In this document: positions 59,878 to 64,000 of the stretch, one piece after another
Layout of the letters: each line of letters opens with the position of its first letter
Position numbering within the stretch: the first letter of the stretch is position 1
NCBI RefSeq assembly: GCF_016432865.1
Contig: NC_067400.1
Location: forward strand, 616,714,001 to 616,778,000
Source: Antechinus flavipes
Lineage: Eukaryota
DNA length: 64,000 nucleotides
Reading direction: 5' to 3'
The notes under the pieces: generated by a model
What the model was told of the DNA's origin: nothing
The model's database searches: none
What the model saw: only the letters and a program-made list of their open reading frames with translations
Position numbers and translations under genes: made by a program

Positions 59878-60410
59878 GACTTAGTGCTCCCCACCCCCTC
59901 CCTACAGTCTACCCCGCTGAGGGACTCAGTGCTCCCCAACTCCCTCCCTATAGTCCATCCCGCTGAGGGACACAGTGCTCCCCACCCCCTCCCTACAGTC
60001 TACCCCGCTGAGGGACTCAGTGCTCCCCATCTCCCTCCCTACAGCCCATTTCACTGAGGGACACAGTGCTCCCCACCCCCTCCCTATAGCCCACCCCACT
60101 GAGGGACACAGTGCTCCCCACTCTCTCCCTATAGCCCACCCCACTGAGGGAAACAGTGCTCCCCATCTCCCTCCCTACAGCCCACCCCGCTGAGGGACTC
60201 AGTGCTCCTCACCCCCTCCCTACAGCCCATCCCACTGAGGGACACAGTGCTCCCCATCTTCCTCCCTACAGCCCACCCCGCTGAGGGACTCAGTGCTCCT
60301 CACCCCCTCCCTACAGCCCATCCCACTGAGGGACACAGTGCTCCCCATCTTCCTCCCTACAGCCCACCCCGCTGAGGGACTCAGTGCTCCTCACCCCCTC
60401 CCTACAGCCT
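59878..60410 (+). repeat. 45/46-bp minisatellite, ~12 copies, upstream of the GPR4 CDS
   Basis: Unit gggac(a/t)cagtgctccccaccccctccctacagcccaccccgctga; cta(c/t)ag recurs every 45-46 bp from about 59904 to 60403. Confidence 0.95.
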
Positions 60411-60794
60411 CCCCACCTGTCCCTCCCTCCCTCCCTCCCTGCCCTGTGCACTGGATTTCTTGTTTCCTCCTATTTTCTCTCGGATTTTCTAGGCCTCTCC
60501 CAAGCGGCCCCTGGCTTTCGGAGAGAAGGGAGGAGGTGGAAGGGGCCGGCGGAGGGACCCACCCTCCCCGCTCTCCCCGGACTTATTTCTCTCTGCCGCC
60601 TCTGAGTTTCTTTTCCGCGGGGCCCCGCCCTCGCCCCCTCCTTTCCCCAGCTTCTCCGGGGCTCCCCGCTGTGCCCCGCATCATGCGTCCCTGAGTCCCC
60701 CGCGGCGGATAGGGGGGCCCCATGGCCTCCCGCCCTCCAGCCCCTGGAGGCCCTACCGCCCGCCCGGGGCCCTCGGTCGCCCCCGCCGGCCGCG

Positions 60795-61886
60795 ATGGGC
60801 AACGCCACGCTGGAGGGCTGCCACGTGGACTCGAGGGTGGACCACCTGTTCCCGCCCTCCCTGTACATCATCGTCATGGGCATCGGGCTGCCCACCAACT
60901 GCCTGGCGCTGTGGGCCGCCTACCGCCAGGTGCGCCAGCACAACGAGCTGGGCGTGTACCTGATGAACCTGAGCATCGCTGACCTGCTGTACATCGCCAC
61001 GCTGCCGCTGTGGGTGGACTACTTCCTGCACCACGACAACTGGATCCACGGGCGCGGCTCGTGCAAGCTCTTCGGCTTCGTGTTCTACACCAACATCTAC
61101 ATCAGCATCGCCTTCCTGTGCTGCATCTCGGTGGACCGCTACCTGGCCGTGGCGCACCCGCTGCGCTTCGCGCGCCTGCGCCGCGTCAAGACGGCCGTGG
61201 CCGTGAGCTCGGTGGTGTGGGCCACGGAGCTGGGCGCCAACTCGGCGCCGCTCTTCCACGACGAGCTCTTCCGCGACCGCTACAACCACACGTTCTGCTT
61301 CGAGAAGTTCCCCATGGAGGGCTGGGTGGCCTGGATGAACCTCTACCGCATCTTCATCGGCTTCCTGTGCCCCTGGTCGCTCATGCTCTTCTCCTACTGG
61401 GGCATCGTGCGCGCCGTGCGCGGCAGCGTGTCCACCGAGCGCCAGGAGAAGGCCAAGATCAAGCGGCTGGCGCTCAGCCTGCTGGCCATCGCCCTGGTCT
61501 GCTTCGCGCCCTACCACGTGCTGCTGCTCTCGCGCAGCGCCGTCTACCTGGGCCGCCCGTGGGACTGCGGCTTCGAGGAGCGGGTCTTCGCCGCCTACCA
61601 CAGCTCGCTGGCCTTCACCAGCCTCAACTGCGTGGCCGACCCCATCCTCTACTGCTTCGTCAACGAGGGCGCGCGCGGCGACGTGGCCAAGGCGCTGCAC
61701 AGCCTGCTGCGCTTCCTGGCCAGCGACAAGCCCCAGGAGATGGCCAACGCCTCCCTGACCCTGGACACCCCGCTGGCCGCCAAGAGGCACGCCGTGGGCC
61801 GCTGCGGCTGGGGAGGGGCCCTGGTCTCCCACTCGCAGCCGCCGGGGGACGACGTGCAGCTCAAGATGCTGCCCCCCTCCCAGTGA
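60795..61886 (+). CDS. GPR4: Proton-sensing G protein-coupled receptor 4, 363 aa, intronless CDS
   Basis: [24 protein letters not shown]...[11 protein letters not shown]...CFAPYH...NCVADPILY...QLKMLPPSQ. Seven-TM class A pattern with the extracellular His residues at 17, 79, 80 and 85 and in YNHTFC and AYHSSL; very close to recalled human GPR4. Confidence 0.98.
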   Translation: MGNATLEGCHVDSRVDHLFPPSLYIIVMGIGLPTNCLALWAAYRQVRQHNELGVYLMNLSIADLLYIATLPLWVDYFLHHDNWIHGRGSCKLFGFVFYTNIYISIAFLCCISVDRYLAVAHPLRFARLRRVKTAVAVSSVVWATELGANSAPLFHDELFRDRYNHTFCFEKFPMEGWVAWMNLYRIFIGFLCPWSLMLFSYWGIVRAVRGSVSTERQEKAKIKRLALSLLAIALVCFAPYHVLLLSRSAVYLGRPWDCGFEERVFAAYHSSLAFTSLNCVADPILYCFVNEGARGDVAKALHSLLRFLASDKPQEMANASLTLDTPLAAKRHAVGRCGWGGALVSHSQPPGDDVQLKMLPPSQ

Positions 61887-62049
61887 CCACCCCCCGCCGG
61901 CCGGCCCCCAACCTCCCCCCCCCCCCCCCCCCCGGTCTCTTTGGCGCAGATGAGATGCAAATGAATCTTGTGTGATATCCATAAAGAGGGCTTGAGCCGA
62001 GACGGAGCGGGCTTCATTTTGTTCTCCCGTAGCGGGGAAGTCGAGGACT

Positions 62050-62720
62050 AGAGAGGAGGGGGAGAGAGGGGGCAGGAGGGGGAGGGGGAGGGAAAAGAGG
62101 TAGAGGAGGGGGAGGAGGAGGGAGGAGGGAAAAGAGGAGGGGGAAGAGGAGAGGAGGAGGGAAGAAAACAGGGACGAGAAGAGGGAGGAGGAGGGGGAGG
62201 AGGAGAAGGAAAAGGATGAGAGGGGGAGGAGCAGAAGAGGGAAGAGAACAAGGAGGGGGAAGAAGGGAAGGAAGAGGAGGAAGGGGAGGAGGGGAAGGAA
62301 GGGAAGGAGGAGGGGAAGGAGGAGAAGAGGAGAAAGAGGGGAAGGAGGGGAAGGAAGTGGAGGGGAGGAAGGGAAGGAGCAAAAGAGGGAAGAGGACAAG
62401 GAGGGGGAACAGGGTAAGGAAGAGGAGAAGGAGGAGGAAGGGGAGGAGGGGAAGGAAGGGAAGGAGGAGGGGAAGGAGGAGAAGAGGGAGGAAGAGGGGA
62501 AGGACAGGAAGGAAGTGGCAAGGAGGAAGGGAAGGAGGAGAAGGAAAAGAGGAGGGGGAGGAAAGGAGAGGAGGGGGAGGGGAGGAGGAAAAGGAAGAGG
62601 GGGAAGAAGAGGGGGAAGAGGAAGAGGAAGGGAAGGAAGAGAATCGAGGAGGGGGAGGAAAAGGGAGGAAGCAGCTAGGAGGAGAGGGAAGAGGAGGAGG
62701 AGTGGGGGGAGGAAGAGGAG
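62050..62720. repeat. ~670-bp polypurine (GGA/GAA/GGGA) tract
   Basis: Almost pyrimidine-free on the plus strand, starting about 165 nt after the GPR4 stop. Confidence 0.95.
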
Positions 62721-62812
62721 AGATTTCCCTGTCTTTTGGTGGAATCTAAGATGTTACTGGGAAGGAAGCTTTCCTTCCACTCTCCCTTGTCCCTTACCAG
62801 ACACAGGCTTCT

Positions 62813-62817
<5 letters not shown>

Positions 62818-62852
<35 letters not shown>
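62818..62852. repeat. (CA)n microsatellite
   Basis: About 17 CA repeats. Confidence 0.95.
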
Positions 62853-62855
<3 letters not shown>

Positions 62856-64000
62856 AGCAGACAGACGGGCCGGGGCTGGTGTTCAGAGGGAGAACAATGT
62901 TTGTCAAGTCGGTAGAGGTCCCTGGACAGTGTGGGACTGAGGCCCTTTCCATGTCCAAGATCTCCGATCCCGTGAGCAGCTGCAGGGTCCCCCCAGGCTC
63001 TCTTTCCTGCCCCAGCTTCAGTTCACACGCTCCTGGAGGAGGGGGGGTGGCGGGTAGGGAGGAAAGGAGGATTGGGGCGATTTCTCCAGCTGCCCTCCAG
63101 GATCAACGGCCTCTCTCTCCCTCCCACCTATCCAGGCCACTAGGAGGAGTCGGCCTTGATTTTCCTAGCTCCCCACTTCCAACCCCCCTCCCCCTTCCTA
63201 ATAAGGGGAAAGGGGCAAAATAGACTGAGGATCTCAAAGCATCATGTAATGTACCCACCCTTCTCCCACTAGGAACGAGCAGGCTGGGCCGGGGCTGGGG
63301 AGGTGAGTGACATCAAGGGTCAATCCTTCCCTGAACCCCCAGAGAAATTCCTGGAAACCTATACTGGGAAGTGGGGGGGGGGGAGGTGGAGAGAAAGAGA
63401 ATGGGAAAAATTCTCTAAATGAAGAAAATGATTCAGGGGGGGAGATGGGAGACTGTGGGGAGTGAGACACAGGAAGTGTTTGCGACGGACCAGGATCGGG
63501 AGCTGAGGAAGGAGCCAGAATATTATATTATCATCACTCATTTGTTTACTGTAGAGACAGCAGTGGTAGGGGTGGAGAGTGCCCTGGGCCAGGAGCCAGG
63601 GAGTCAGAGTTCAAATTGTGGCTTGGCTACTGGCTGTGTGACTTCAGGCAAAGCGTTCCCCCTCTCTGAGCTTCTCTCACTCTGAAACCAGGGGTCTGGT
63701 GTATGTGTGTGTGTGTGGGGGGGGGGTGGACTATCCAATTTTCAAGGGCCTCTTAGTCTTGATATTCTCAGTTCCTTCTAATTCTGACATTCTATGTTTT
63801 AAGTGTTTTCTGGCCAAATTGTGTCCTAAGGTACTTCTCGGCTCCAATATTCTGGACTTTTTGTTTTGTAAATAATATTTAATCCCCCCTCCCATTATAT
63901 GTATTTATTTATTTTTAATACACATTGTTGATGCCAAAAGTTGGGAGAGACAAATCAGAACAAAAGGGAAAAACCATGGGGGAGAGAGAGAAAAAAAAAC

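Noticed and set aside
60753-62399. 548-aa antisense ORF and 321-aa alternative-frame ORF (61010-61975) over GPR4
   Set aside because: Expected by-products of extreme GC3 codon bias plus the stop-free purine tract; no independent evidence.

Overview
Mammalian genomic DNA, almost certainly marsupial and probably dasyurid. That call rests on recalled L1 3'-end and WSINE1/MAR1-like SINE sequences, not a database search. The window is orthologous to the human 19q13.32 block. Five genes were reconstructed exon by exon: the last three coding exons of QPCTL (+), complete SNRPD2 (+, 118 aa, start codon split AT|G by intron 1), complete GIPR (-, 13 coding exons, 442 aa), complete EML2 (+; 22-exon long form of about 819 aa and a short form of 649 aa, with a U12-type minor intron) and the single-exon GPR4 CDS (+, 363 aa). 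The strongest observations are: (1) QPCTL is inverted relative to the eutherian head-to-head QPCTL/SNRPD2 arrangement, and a 10-copy AATAAA-bearing L2-derived minisatellite lies between the two genes; (2) an array of chimeric L1 fragments carries the signature of unequal crossover; (3) a head-to-head SINE hairpin sits inside the EML2 minor intron; (4) a ~70-bp inverted repeat links EML2 intron 18 with its 3' UTR; (5) several minisatellites have units that are polyA, 5'-splice or 3'-splice signals. Six N runs (23708-23884, 23894-24089, 27639-27917, 43139-43276, 43462-43637, 43746-43883) limit what can be said near them. All comparisons with human or mouse are from memory and need confirming.
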